Numbered from the stretch's first letter, positions 34,801 through 44,670 are shown. The stretch is 64,000 nucleotides of DNA from a virus (IMGVR_UViG_3300043414_000372:96001-160000), one strand, 5' to 3'. A program made the numbers and translations. The notes: a model not told the origin generated them from the letters alone.

Positions 34801-37536
34801 TTTATCAACTGGTATTAGTATTTGATACTTGTCCCATTCGGGGGCTACATCAACATCACCCATGTATTTTCGTTCAGTTGCTCCCTCACAGTAAAACTCT
34901 ATAGAAGGGTTTATTTGTGCCGGCACATATTTATTTCCCCATGTATAGATATACGCAGGTTCTCTTGGATCAGGTCTCCATGACAAATCAAAATTTTCTA
35001 CTTGTTGCGTGATTTTCCACTTATCATGTATTGGAGTAACATCCAATAGTTCTTTCATATACTTGCGGTCTGTGGCACCTTCACAATGATATTCAAGTGT
35101 AGGTTTTATGTCACCTGATATGTATTTGTTGCCCCAGGTGTAAATGTATGCTGGTTCTCTAGGATCGGGTCTCCATGTGAAGTCAAAATTTTCTACTTGT
35201 TGTACAATATTCCATTTATCAAACTCAGGTAGTACTTCAACTAATTCAGTCATATACTTGTATTCAGTTGCCCCGGGTACAATATATTCTAATGTAGATT
35301 TAAATTCTGCTGCTATGTGTTTATTACCCCACACGTAAATATAAGGTGGTTCGTGTAAGTTAGGGTCAGGTCTCCATGTAAAGTCAAATTTAGAATGATC
35401 AACTGGTATATTTTCTTTCCATCTATCCCATTCAGGTGCTAATTCAACTATATCCATATACTTGTATTCAGTTGCGCCTGGTACATAATATTCTAATGTG
35501 GGTTTGACTTCTGCCGGATCGTACTTGTTACCCCATACATAAATGTAAGCTGGTTCTCTAGGATCGGGTCTCCATGTGAAGTCAAAATTTTGTACATCTT
35601 GTATTATATTCCATTTGTCAAATTCAGGCAACACCTCAACATCACCCATATACTTGCGTTCTGTTGCGCCTTCACAATGATATTCAAGTGTAGGTTTTAT
35701 ATCACCGGGTATGTATTTGTTACCCCATGTATAGATATACGCAGGTTCACGTGGATCTGGTCGCCATGATAAGTCAAATGTATCCGCAATGTCCTGTACA
35801 ATATTCCAACGATCCATTTCAGGAACTACCTCAACTTCACACATATACTTGTGTTCTGTTGCTCCCTCACAATAGTATTCTACTGTAGGTTTAAGTTCTG
35901 CTGCGATATGTTTATTGCCCCAGGTGTAAATGTAGGCAGGTTCACGTGGATCTGGTCTCCATGTAAAGTCAAAGTTTTTTACTTCTTGTGTAACTTTCCA
36001 ATGTTCTTGTTCAGGTAATACTTCAACAAGTTCATCCATATACTTATATTCAGTAGCCCCGTCACATTGATATTCTATTGTTGATTTCAGTTCACCCGGT
36101 ATATGTTTATTTCCCCACACATATATAAATGCAGGTTCACGCGGATCTGGCCGCCATGTTAAATCAAACTTGTTTCTATCAATGGATTGTATTTCTTTCC
36201 ACCTATTGAATTCAGGCAACACATCAACCAATTCAGGCATGTACTTGCGATCTGTTGCACCCGGGACATGATATTCAATCGTTGGTTTAAGTTCTGCTGC
36301 TATATGCTTATTGCCCCATACATAAATGTAAGGTGGCTCGTGCAAGTTAGGATCAGGTCTCCAGCTAAAATCAAACTTATTTTTATCTACTGGTTGTATT
36401 TCTACCCATCTATCCCATTCGGGTTCTAAATCAACAATATCCATGTATTTGTATTCAGTTGCTCCGGGAACAACATACTCTAATGTAGGTTTAACTTCTG
36501 CTGGATCATATTTATTGCCCCATACATAAATGTAAGGTGGTTCGTGTAAGTTAGGATCAGGTCTCCAGCTAAAATCAAACTTTGAATGATCGATAGAAAG
36601 ATGTTTTTTCCATCTATCCCATTCAGGTGCTAATTCAACTATATCCATATACTTGTATTCAGTTGCTCCTGGTACATGATATTCTAATGTTGGCTTTACT
36701 TCTGCCGGATCGTATTTGTTGCCCCATACATATATAAATGCAGGTTCACGTGGATCAGGTCTCCAAGTTAAATCAAACTTAGTTTTGTCAATATTGTGAA
36801 ATATTTTCCACTTGTCCCACTCGGGAATTATTTCAACATCACCCATATATTTGCGTTCAGTAGCATCAACACAATGATATTCTAATGTAGATTGTAATTC
36901 GCCCGGTATGTGTTTGTTACCCCATACATATATAAATGCAGGTTCACGTGGATCAGGTCTCCATGACATATCAAATGATGATTTGTCAATTTTTTGTACT
37001 TGAACCCATTTGTTATCTGGAAGCAAGTCTACTATATCTTCCATGTATTTGGCATTAGTCGCACCTGGAACTCTATATTCTAGTACAGCTTTGACTTCTG
37101 CTGGATAATACTTACAACCCCATGTATAGATATAGGGAGGATCAGTTGGGTCTGGATGCCAGCTAAAGTCAAATTTAGTTTCATCAACTAAATCTAACAA
37201 TATCCAATTGTCATTCTTTTCGTTTTTATAACTGATTGGTTCAATGTCGGCGCGATATATGTTTATATCACTATGTTGTTCTGGGCATAACCAAGTGCCA
37301 CTATCTTTTTGATGTGTACTAGGCCATATGTTATTGTGTGCTTCTGCCCAAACATCTTCGTCGGGTAGAAATTCAAAATCAAAGTCCCAATCAAAATTTC
37401 GATAATCACAATATTCGTTGATTATCCAAAAATGTTCAGTGGTACATTGACTTCTAGCATCTTCTAATGAAGTTGCGAATTTTTCTCTTGGGTGAACGTT
37501 GGGTTTTTTACCGTAATAAAATACATCTCTTAGCAT
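31882..37536 (-). CDS. 1884-aa tandem-repeat protein with C-terminal GT-like domain
   Basis: 17 repeats FD(F/L/Y)(S/T)WRPDP.EP.YIY.WGN...EY...GAT..KYM; C-terminus homologous to ORF 60119-61069. Confidence 0.85.
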   Translation of the reverse strand: MLRDVFYYGKKPNVHPREKFATSLEDARSQCTTEHFWIINEYCDYRNFDWDFDFEFLPDEDVWAEAHNNIWPSTHQKDSGTWLCPEQHSDINIYRADIEPISYKNEKNDNWILLDLVDETKFDFSWHPDPTDPPYIYTWGCKYYPAEVKAVLEYRVPGATNAKYMEDIVDLLPDNKWVQVQKIDKSSFDMSWRPDPREPAFIYVWGNKHIPGELQSTLEYHCVDATERKYMGDVEIIPEWDKWKIFHNIDKTKFDLTWRPDPREPAFIYVWGNKYDPAEVKPTLEYHVPGATEYKYMDIVELAPEWDRWKKHLSIDHSKFDFSWRPDPNLHEPPYIYVWGNKYDPAEVKPTLEYVVPGATEYKYMDIVDLEPEWDRWVEIQPVDKNKFDFSWRPDPNLHEPPYIYVWGNKHIAAELKPTIEYHVPGATDRKYMPELVDVLPEFNRWKEIQSIDRNKFDLTWRPDPREPAFIYVWGNKHIPGELKSTIEYQCDGATEYKYMDELVEVLPEQEHWKVTQEVKNFDFTWRPDPREPAYIYTWGNKHIAAELKPTVEYYCEGATEHKYMCEVEVVPEMDRWNIVQDIADTFDLSWRPDPREPAYIYTWGNKYIPGDIKPTLEYHCEGATERKYMGDVEVLPEFDKWNIIQDVQNFDFTWRPDPREPAYIYVWGNKYDPAEVKPTLEYYVPGATEYKYMDIVELAPEWDRWKENIPVDHSKFDFTWRPDPNLHEPPYIYVWGNKHIAAEFKSTLEYIVPGATEYKYMTELVEVLPEFDKWNIVQQVENFDFTWRPDPREPAYIYTWGNKYISGDIKPTLEYHCEGATDRKYMKELLDVTPIHDKWKITQQVENFDLSWRPDPREPAYIYTWGNKYVPAQINPSIEFYCEGATERKYMGDVDVAPEWDKYQILIPVDKTSFDFTWRPDPREPAYIYVWGNQSNSAVKEPTIEYHCVGATERKYMDDKIAKTLPMIENWKILVTVDNFDYSWRPDPDSPPYIYIFGNQWHDAMTEPTVEYHVEGATEKKYITEIVATAAKTQEYWKTLIPVDVFDYSWRPNPHSPPYIYVFGNQWYDGITDPTVEYHMPGATDKKYVTSTVGLVKSTATDNQWKRLIPIESFDYSWRPDPTSPPYIYVFGNKWNDANTEPSVEYHVEGATEYKYMTEPVALPKADLQYWSISNNDDLETFDFSWRPNPYSPPQIYQWQDNGPRYTVVGATEVVLMEHTGETKKTIVNRYPIKTTLDELVKEHPEEVFWAINPDLNYDKFDFSWRPNQENFRHINVFGNEYSKDTQTYYINGPMYMKGHKEYNYVEGQSVQVDSNLSMFFIDRSNSESNQRFEELKLRYPQLQKTRYLNSWVDTITRCINKSETKLFWVLNSELDYGNFEFDFYPSPWQMKMIHVFGTQWSHWGTTFMVNKETFIEDTKYVKIIEHLSMLNFVKSKKARAVNRLYDIVYIDHGNDAPEFNLPVTTIKFDTTYLKTFIKLLRTLPEKKEHYLWICSSVCDYSTFDFSYICDPFAKEQLHVFPSDKQKFGDTFLIDVNKLRSLIKQLKILDDYTKIDFNQSQRVKRLPAPVIVTEGDSHVSSIKTEFNFPYAVFVTADNKDVNVLDVEPISLWSPESRNIQITSMGGTRIVVPKEAKDYVKKELYDYPYIMTNSKLAKSNPLDIVFFSNGEASAESNYEHLLKLTEKLTNKVVRIDGVSGRVKSQHAAATSSNTPWYFLVNAKLKVDAKFDFDWQPDRLQIPKHYIFHATNPVNGLVYGHQAIVANNKKLTLANFGTGLDFTMDSEHEVVEVNSGTAMFNTSEWDTWRTAFRECIKLKASKTDENEERLDYWLNVGLGKFAQYSLDSAQHAVEYYNEVNGDFEKLRLSYDWAWLRTYYETKYKL
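33890..37210 (-). repeat. Intragenic tandem repeat array, 17 units of about 200 bp
   Basis: Recurrent ggtctcca/ccccatac/gttgc motifs; 60 bp identical at 35416-35475 and 36607-36666. Confidence 0.9.
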
Positions 37537-37544
37537 TTATATAC

Positions 37545-39026
37545 TTATGATAATACTTTTACCCCATATAGTTTTTCAAATCTATCCGCATCACTACGGT
37601 CGTTAACCATTGGCTCACCGCGTATGTTTAAACTCGTGTTCAATAGCATTGGGCATTCTGTCATTACATACCACTTCTCTAATAACTCTCTAATACCCGA
37701 TCCATCTTTGGGCACAGTTTGCACACGGCTAGTCCAGTCGTGATGTGCAATAGCAGGGAATTTCTCAGGATATTTACACTTACTAATCACCTGCATATAT
37801 CTACTATCATGCCAGTGTTTAGGCATATCAAAATATTGATGAGCATATTCTTCTAATATGACAGGAGCAAATGGTCTAAACTTTTGTCTACGTTTAATCT
37901 CATTTACTTTATCTTTAATCTCATCTCCCCTGGGATCTGCTAACAAACTTCTATTACCTAATGCCCTAGGGCCAAACTCTGCTTTACCGCTAGCTACCCC
38001 AACAATCTTATCAGTGAGTAATCTATCAAGTAACTGGTTAACAGGATACTTGCCAGGAATGTTATGCCCAAGAAAAGCATCAGTCCAGTTAACCTTGCGG
38101 CCGTGACCCAATGCTGCTGCGCCAAGACTATTACCCGCATCACCAGGGTTAGGCATAATCCAAATATTTTCATAGAAGTTCCCTAATAATCTGTTTGCTA
38201 AACAATTCAATGCCACACCGCCGCCGTATACTAGATTTCTACTACGACCCATTGTTCTAGCTTTACTCATTACTCTAGTAATCATATACTCAACTAAGTG
38301 TTGACTGCTGCTAGCAATGTCCATTACATCAGCATCTTTTAAGAAATCTTTACTAACACCAGTGTGTAGATTTTGCTTGAAGGTTAATATATCTTTTCTA
38401 TCTACTAACTCATTAATCATATCAGCAACATGATTGGGTTCTCCGTACGCTGCCATACCCATTAAAATGTATTCTTCATCAAGTGGGCGCAACCCAACTC
38501 GTTCTGTCATTGCTGAATAGAATAGTCCAATACTATCTGGATACTTTACACTCCATAGTTTTTTGTATTGTGCTTTACCAGTTGAAAAATCATAATGTGC
38601 ATCCCAGATAGTGATAGTATCAAACTCGCCTATAGCATCAATCACTACGACAGTAGCATCTTGAAAGGGACTTGTTTGAAATCCTGCTGCTGCATGACAT
38701 AGATGATGTCCATGTGTATGAATCTTGGGCTCACCCATCTGACTATAAGTAGCACCTAATATCTTTTCCCATGTAGGCCAGGTAAAGCCTTCACCAGTGC
38801 GTAATTGTCTCAATGACTTTAGCCAAGGACGTTCGTAGTAATGATATTCTAAGTAGTCAGAATTGACATGTCTTAGTGCGTCGGTTAGTAATTCTCCACA
38901 CACATCTTTGTCATGTTTATTTTTACTATACCGTTCACTATGACCGGCAAACAATATGTTACCGTGATCATCTACAACACTTATTGCAGCGTCATGGAAT
39001 CCAGCCGAAATACCAATATAATTCAT
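37545..39026 (-). CDS. Carbamoyltransferase (NodU/CmcH family)
   Basis: HDAA, SERYS..KHD, HHLCHAA, GGVALNC, EFGPRALGNRSLLADP, RQKFRPFAP, LLNTSLN. Confidence 0.93.
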   Translation of the reverse strand: MNYIGISAGFHDAAISVVDDHGNILFAGHSERYSKNKHDKDVCGELLTDALRHVNSDYLEYHYYERPWLKSLRQLRTGEGFTWPTWEKILGATYSQMGEPKIHTHGHHLCHAAAGFQTSPFQDATVVVIDAIGEFDTITIWDAHYDFSTGKAQYKKLWSVKYPDSIGLFYSAMTERVGLRPLDEEYILMGMAAYGEPNHVADMINELVDRKDILTFKQNLHTGVSKDFLKDADVMDIASSSQHLVEYMITRVMSKARTMGRSRNLVYGGGVALNCLANRLLGNFYENIWIMPNPGDAGNSLGAAALGHGRKVNWTDAFLGHNIPGKYPVNQLLDRLLTDKIVGVASGKAEFGPRALGNRSLLADPRGDEIKDKVNEIKRRQKFRPFAPVILEEYAHQYFDMPKHWHDSRYMQVISKCKYPEKFPAIAHHDWTSRVQTVPKDGSGIRELLEKWYVMTECPMLLNTSLNIRGEPMVNDRSDADRFEKLYGVKVLS

Positions 39027-39124
39027 TTATAAATGAACGGGTCTCTTTTACGCAATTCGTTTAGACGCTTGCGGTACTTGTATTCACGAACCAGATTTTT
39101 AAAAAAGTTAATAATTCTATTCAT
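39023..39124 (-). CDS. 33-aa basic peptide MNRIINFFKNLVREYKYRKRLNELRKRDPFIYK
   Basis: Read manually; TGA overlaps carbamoyltransferase ATG; directly after late promoter. Confidence 0.7.
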   Translation of the reverse strand: MNRIINFFKNLVREYKYRKRLNELRKRDPFIYK

Positions 39125-39129
39125 GCTAT

Positions 39130-39146
39130 TATTTAGCTGCTAAATA
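39130..39146. promoter_or_regulatory. Back-to-back T4-like late promoters
   Basis: TATTTAG-CTG-CTAAATA inverted repeat between divergent genes. Confidence 0.75.
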
Positions 39147-39163
39147 CAACATAAGGATTTATT

Positions 39164-40210
39164 ATGGATATAACACCGGGGAAACCAATAAGAACATACG
39201 CAAGCAATGGAGCATGGCGTGATTGGAGCACAGATGAACTAGTAGGTGCCAAACTCAATTTCTTACCAAATTGGAAATGTGGAGCAGGATTAGATAGTTT
39301 GTATATTGATATGGACGGGTATGTTTGGACTGCAAGCTGTCGTGTAGGCGGGAGATTGGGTAACGTATTTGAAGATTTTACAGTACCAGAAGATTGGATT
39401 GATTGTACTAAAGATATCTGTAGCTGCGGTGCTGACTTGTTTATCCCCAAAACAAAAGAGATAGTATACAAACCATTATTACGCAAAGGTCAAGGATTGC
39501 CAATGCAACACGAATTACGCAATGATTCATTAACTGATTTTGTTGCTATGGAACGTACACACGCTAGTACACAGAAACAAGTATACTGGGAAATAGGTCG
39601 TAGATGTAATTACGATTGCAGCTATTGCTGGAGTTGGATTCATAACAATACTGATCCACACAAGCCACTAGAAGATTTGATGAAAGCTACTCATAACATT
39701 GAGCAACGTTTTACTAAAGGCGAAAGTGTTAACTTTATTATTAGTGGCGGCGAGCCAACTGCTAACAAAGATTTCTTAGATTGGTTACGTTATCTCAATG
39801 CTTGCGGACATCACGTAAGTCTACATAGTAACGGAAGTCGATTGCCAGACTACTATAGAGAAATTATTCACTATGGTGATTTAAATTTATCTGTTCATTT
39901 TGAATTTTACAATCGTGAAAAATTCGTCAAAGTAGTTGAAGCTGTAGCACATGAAAAAGCAACTACAGGAGATTGCGGACATCTTGAAGTTAAATTTATG
40001 ATGCCACCTCACAATAGAGATGAAGCTATTCTTTTAGAAGCTGAATTAAAAGCATTACCTCATTTTGTAGATTATTGTACATGGGCTATTGTTCCTATAC
40101 GCGGTGGACTTAATAACAAGAACATTCCACAGGGTACTGGGTTAGGGTCTGATGAAGTAATGGATGGATATACAAAAGAGGATTATATTTTATTTGGTGA
40201 CAGAAAATGA
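39164..40210 (+). CDS. Radical SAM protein with N-terminal Cys-rich SPASM-like domain
   Basis: CNYDCSYC, GGEP, SNGSR; N-terminal WKC...C...CTKDICSC. Confidence 0.88.
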   Translation: MDITPGKPIRTYASNGAWRDWSTDELVGAKLNFLPNWKCGAGLDSLYIDMDGYVWTASCRVGGRLGNVFEDFTVPEDWIDCTKDICSCGADLFIPKTKEIVYKPLLRKGQGLPMQHELRNDSLTDFVAMERTHASTQKQVYWEIGRRCNYDCSYCWSWIHNNTDPHKPLEDLMKATHNIEQRFTKGESVNFIISGGEPTANKDFLDWLRYLNACGHHVSLHSNGSRLPDYYREIIHYGDLNLSVHFEFYNREKFVKVVEAVAHEKATTGDCGHLEVKFMMPPHNRDEAILLEAELKALPHFVDYCTWAIVPIRGGLNNKNIPQGTGLGSDEVMDGYTKEDYILFGDRK

Positions 40211-40875
40211 GTTTCATATATCAATACCCAGTTATACCAGAACAAATTTTCTCAATAATAAAATACTCAGAACAGGCAAGGGTGTATGAGATTGTAAAAT
40301 CATTACCAGATAATAGTACTGTAGTCGAGGTCGGGTCGGCATTAGGAGGCACAGCTTGTTTAATTGCAGCGACTAATCCTACATTACGTGTAAATTGTGT
40401 TGACTGCTTTTTAAATAATTATATATCTGACATATGGGAGAGAATTGATTTAAATAAAACTATTATAGAACTTAAAGTAAATATAGATGCAAATAATTCT
40501 ATTAATATAATTAACAATTTTTTTGAAATTGATCCAACAGGGCAATTGGCATTTGAGTATATAACTAAGCCCTATTCTAACATCACTTTACACAAAGGTT
40601 ATAGTCCTAGAGATTTTAACAACTGGGACACCATGATAGATATATATATAGAAGATGCATTACATGAGAATCCAATGCTAGCTGCAAATATAGAATTTTG
40701 GAAAAAATTTGTCAAACCTGGGGGATACATTATAGGTCATGATTACGAACCTGAGATTTACCCTAATGTTGTAACTGAATTTAATAAACTTATCCAACAA
40801 GGTTGGATTAGAATATCGTTAACTGAAACTTTAATTATTTTACAAAAACCATCTAACGGAGATTTTAATGGTTAA
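40207..40875 (+). CDS. Class I SAM methyltransferase (Methyltransf_24-like)
   Basis: VVEVGSALGG, VDCF, IEDALH, VKPGGYIIGHDY. Confidence 0.8.
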   Translation: MSFIYQYPVIPEQIFSIIKYSEQARVYEIVKSLPDNSTVVEVGSALGGTACLIAATNPTLRVNCVDCFLNNYISDIWERIDLNKTIIELKVNIDANNSINIINNFFEIDPTGQLAFEYITKPYSNITLHKGYSPRDFNNWDTMIDIYIEDALHENPMLAANIEFWKKFVKPGGYIIGHDYEPEIYPNVVTEFNKLIQQGWIRISLTETLIILQKPSNGDFNG

Positions 40876-41503
40876 TAAATTACCAGTTGAAAGTTATTAC
40901 GGAATTAACCTCAAGTCCGAACGTGAATCATTATATTCATTAATTAAAAACTTACCGGACAATAGTGTTATAGTAGAAGTTGGGTCGGCAATGGGCGGGT
41001 CTTCCTGTTTAATGGCGTCAGTAAATCCAACCATAGAAGTAAATTGTGTAGATTCTTTTGAAGGAGATACAGGATTCCAATGTCATTGGAAGGACAAAAA
41101 GTATGCCGGGCCCGAAGATGACGAGATATCTTTTAAAAATTTACATGGTATAATTGATAGTTGTTTCTTAACAGATCCGTCAGGGAAATTAACTTTTGAA
41201 ACGTTAACTAAAAGATTTACCAATATTAAATTATTCAATAAAAGAAGCCCAGTAGATTTTTTAAATTGGGATAAGCCAATTGATTTGTATTTTGAAGATT
41301 CTGTTCATCAAAACCCAGTCTTACACTCAAACATTGAGTTTTGGTGTAAGCACATTAAACCCGGCGGATTTATAGCCGGGCATGACTATGATACTTTTTT
41401 GTTTCCGGATGTAACATTAGAATTTAATACTTTAATTGATAACGGATGGATATTAATTTCAAAAGTAGAATCATTGATAATTTTACAAAAACCTAATACG
41501 TAG
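40868..41503 (+). CDS. Class I SAM methyltransferase, paralog of previous
   Basis: IVEVGSAMGG, FEDSVH, IKPGGFIAGHDY. Confidence 0.8.
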   Translation: MVNKLPVESYYGINLKSERESLYSLIKNLPDNSVIVEVGSAMGGSSCLMASVNPTIEVNCVDSFEGDTGFQCHWKDKKYAGPEDDEISFKNLHGIIDSCFLTDPSGKLTFETLTKRFTNIKLFNKRSPVDFLNWDKPIDLYFEDSVHQNPVLHSNIEFWCKHIKPGGFIAGHDYDTFLFPDVTLEFNTLIDNGWILISKVESLIILQKPNT

Positions 41504-41513
41504 GACGCACAAA

Positions 41514-42173
41514 ATGAAAACCACTATTATAGAAAACTTTCTTACTGACGATGAAATATTTGATATTGAAAAATTATTTCGCAGCAAAGTTGATACTGCC
41601 GTATGGATTGAGCCAACTGAAGTTGATTTGGCACATTCTCAATATTGGTACCCGGGAGAAAGCTATAAACAAAAATTTAATCTATTTTTAAATAACAAAA
41701 TAAATTCAATTTTTGAAAAAAACATCTGTGATAATTGGCATATATTAAATGCTTATAGACCATATGGCATTCACACTGATTCAATTGATGATGAACATGA
41801 TAGTTATGTTCATATGTTAAATCAAGGGCATGATTTTGGTTGGACATTTTTAATACCATTAGATGATTACCCAACTAATACAATTGTGTTTAATGAAAGT
41901 AGTAGCGTAATGAAAGTTTCAACTAAATGGATTGAAAAAGAAAATAGACAACCATTAGGGTTAATAACCGATGAAATTCATACAAAATACTTAACACACC
42001 AAGGAAAAGAAATTACAGATTACTTTTCTATTGAAACAATTTTTCCATGGAAGAAAGGCAATCTATTGGCCATGCCAAGGAAATCATTTCACTGTAGTGA
42101 TAATTTTTTAAATAAAAAAATATTTGAAAAAAGAGCAATTGTAGGATGGTCAATGATACCAAAACAAATATGA
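41514..42173 (+). CDS. 2OG-Fe(II) oxygenase-fold protein
   Basis: IHTD, FLIPL, WKKG, FHCS, distal Arg (KRAIV). Confidence 0.65.
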   Translation: MKTTIIENFLTDDEIFDIEKLFRSKVDTAVWIEPTEVDLAHSQYWYPGESYKQKFNLFLNNKINSIFEKNICDNWHILNAYRPYGIHTDSIDDEHDSYVHMLNQGHDFGWTFLIPLDDYPTNTIVFNESSSVMKVSTKWIEKENRQPLGLITDEIHTKYLTHQGKEITDYFSIETIFPWKKGNLLAMPRKSFHCSDNFLNKKIFEKRAIVGWSMIPKQI

Positions 42174-43426
42174 ACAAAAACGTACTATGCCCGGCTCCGT
42201 TAACGGCAGTATTAGTTGACACTAATAAAGGAGTTAGACCTTGCTGTGTTTATGATAATACCTATTTAGGTAACATCAAAGAACAAACTATTTCATCTAT
42301 CATTAAAGGAGACGAGTGGCAAAAATTAAAGCAACAAATGTACGACAATGAATGGCCAGATCCATGTTTACCGTGTAAAGAAAGGGAAAGAGTCTCTGGC
42401 TGGAGTGTAAGAAAATTATTTCAAAATGGTTCATTTGATATTACTGGCTGGGAAACAGGTGGAATAACTTATCTAGAATTCAATGGGAGTAATATTTGTA
42501 ACTTGTCTTGTTTACATTGTAATGCCGGATTCAGTAGTAGATGGGTATCCGAATTGAAAAAAACTATACCCATATATAAATCATATGATGCCGAAAAACA
42601 AAAAAGATTAAGTTGGTTTGATGCTGTTATTGTTTATGAAGATGACAAGAAGGGTAGGTCATCTAAAATGCATTTGCCTGATCCTGAATTAGTTATAGAA
42701 AACTTAAAAGAATTAGATTTATCTAATCTTCGTACAATTAATTTTAAAGGCGGTGAGCCATTACTTAACTCTGAAACTGTTGCTATTTTAGAATACTTGG
42801 ATGAGCGATCTATTTTAGGAAATGTAAGCGTAACATTGTCTAGTAATGGTACTTATATTAATGATAAAATTATTGCTTTATTCAAAAAATGTAAAAATAT
42901 ATATTTTAATTTATCCGTTGATGGTATTGGTAATTTGTTTAATTACATCAGGTACGGAGATGCCAAATTTGAAGATATAGAACCCACTATTGCATTGTTA
43001 AATGATAATATACATGACATAACTATTAATTGCGGGGTTGCGGTAATGAATTACAATATCTTTAATTTACTAGAGATAAAAAACTGGGTTATTGAACTAT
43101 CTAAAAAATATAGTAAAGTTAAAAGTGATATTGGATTTTCAAATTGTGTTGCTGACCCCAAGTACTTGTCTCTAAGAACATTAACCGATGATACTAGAAA
43201 AACACTAATTAGTTTTTATGAAAAAAACAACGACTATAAAGAGTTTGATGCTGTTATTCAAACTCTTTCCAGTGAGTACTTAGGAGATCATATGCACAAT
43301 CAATGGATTGAATATACTGAATTGATGGAGACTGTCAGAGGTAATAATATTTTAGATATAGTTCCTGAATTGAAGGAAGAAATGAGATTTAGAATGTACG
43401 GAAAATTAACATCAGAATATAAATAA
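42170..43426 (+). CDS. N-terminal twitch-domain radical SAM protein (start refined to ATG 42170)
   Basis: CPAP...RPCC...C..C then CNLSCLHC, GGEP, LSVDG. Confidence 0.88.
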   Translation: MNKNVLCPAPLTAVLVDTNKGVRPCCVYDNTYLGNIKEQTISSIIKGDEWQKLKQQMYDNEWPDPCLPCKERERVSGWSVRKLFQNGSFDITGWETGGITYLEFNGSNICNLSCLHCNAGFSSRWVSELKKTIPIYKSYDAEKQKRLSWFDAVIVYEDDKKGRSSKMHLPDPELVIENLKELDLSNLRTINFKGGEPLLNSETVAILEYLDERSILGNVSVTLSSNGTYINDKIIALFKKCKNIYFNLSVDGIGNLFNYIRYGDAKFEDIEPTIALLNDNIHDITINCGVAVMNYNIFNLLEIKNWVIELSKKYSKVKSDIGFSNCVADPKYLSLRTLTDDTRKTLISFYEKNNDYKEFDAVIQTLSSEYLGDHMHNQWIEYTELMETVRGNNILDIVPELKEEMRFRMYGKLTSEYK

Positions 43427-43437
43427 AAGGAAAAGGT

Positions 43438-44670
43438 ATGGAACAAAATATAATATGTGTAGCACCCATAAATTCAATATTGATTGACACCAACAAAGGC
43501 CTTCGTCCTTGTTGTTATTACGGTGACGGTTTTTTAGGTAATGTTAATAAAAACACTATTGCTGAAATTGTTAGCAATGATAAATGGAAAGCATTAAAAC
43601 AACAGGTAAAAGATAACATTTGGCCTATAGGGTGTACATTGTGTAAGAGCAATGAAGAAAGTTTTGGCACTAGTCTAAGACAAGCCTATTGGGAACATGC
43701 TACGCAGGAAGAAATAGATAGTGATAAAATAACAGTTATAGAGTTTAACGGAAGTAACATTTGTAATCTGGCCTGTCTTCATTGCCATTCATTGTATAGT
43801 AGTAAATGGTATGCGCAGGGAGAGAAAGCTAAAAAAGTTCTTAAAACATATGATATAAAAAAACAAGAGAGGGCGTTAGAATTTAGACCCTTGAAGGAAT
43901 TGTTTGATGATGCTGACGGATCTTCATTACAAAAAATGCATTTACCTAATCCTGACTTAGTTATAGAAAACTTGAAAGGGTTAGACTTAAGCAGGTTGCG
44001 AACAATGCATTTTAGGGGCGGCGAACCATTACTTAATTCAGAAACTACTGCGGTATTAAAATATGCCGATGAAATTGGATTATTGGATAAGGTTGAAGTT
44101 AGTATCACTACTAATGCTACTTATATTACACAAGAAATTATAGATTTGCTTAAAAAATGCCGAATAGTACATATTAATTTATCCGTTGATGGAATAGGAG
44201 AGTTATTTAATTACATTAGATACGGAGAAGCTAAATTTGATAGTATAGAACCCACTATAGCAAAACTAAATGAAGTAGAAGGCATCTCAATGTTAGTTAG
44301 TGTAGCAGCAATGAACTACAGCGCATTTAGCTTATTAGAAGTAAGAGACTGGACTGTTGAAATGTCAAAGAAATATAAACATCTTCAAAAACTACCAGGG
44401 TTGAATAATTGTGTAATAAGTCCAAACTATCTATCATTGGCTACGTTGTCAGACCCAACAAGAAAATATCTAATTGACTTTTATACAAAAAACAGTATAG
44501 AGGATGAATTTAAATATGTAATTAACTTACTGGCAAATGATTATTTGGGTGATGAAATTCATACTAACTGGGTAGAATATACTGAACTGATGCAAACAGT
44601 AAGAGGGAATAATATATTAGATATTGTGCCTCAACTTGCTGATGAATTAAAATTAAAAAATCATGCTTAA
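43438..44670 (+). CDS. N-terminal twitch-domain radical SAM protein, close paralog of previous
   Basis: CVAP...RPCC...CTLC then CNLACLHC, GGEP, LSVDGIG. Confidence 0.88.
   Translation: MEQNIICVAPINSILIDTNKGLRPCCYYGDGFLGNVNKNTIAEIVSNDKWKALKQQVKDNIWPIGCTLCKSNEESFGTSLRQAYWEHATQEEIDSDKITVIEFNGSNICNLACLHCHSLYSSKWYAQGEKAKKVLKTYDIKKQERALEFRPLKELFDDADGSSLQKMHLPNPDLVIENLKGLDLSRLRTMHFRGGEPLLNSETTAVLKYADEIGLLDKVEVSITTNATYITQEIIDLLKKCRIVHINLSVDGIGELFNYIRYGEAKFDSIEPTIAKLNEVEGISMLVSVAAMNYSAFSLLEVRDWTVEMSKKYKHLQKLPGLNNCVISPNYLSLATLSDPTRKYLIDFYTKNSIEDEFKYVINLLANDYLGDEIHTNWVEYTELMQTVRGNNILDIVPQLADELKLKNHA

Noticed and set aside
33890-37210. Diversity-generating retroelement TR/VR pair
   Set aside because: No reverse transcriptase in the window; differences between repeat copies involve all bases and mostly synonymous positions rather than adenine-specific changes (by eye)
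39164-40210. Viperin-like antiviral radical SAM
   Set aside because: CNYDCSYC is superficially similar but extra Cys-rich domain and lack of recognisable viperin motifs argue against; needs HMM check
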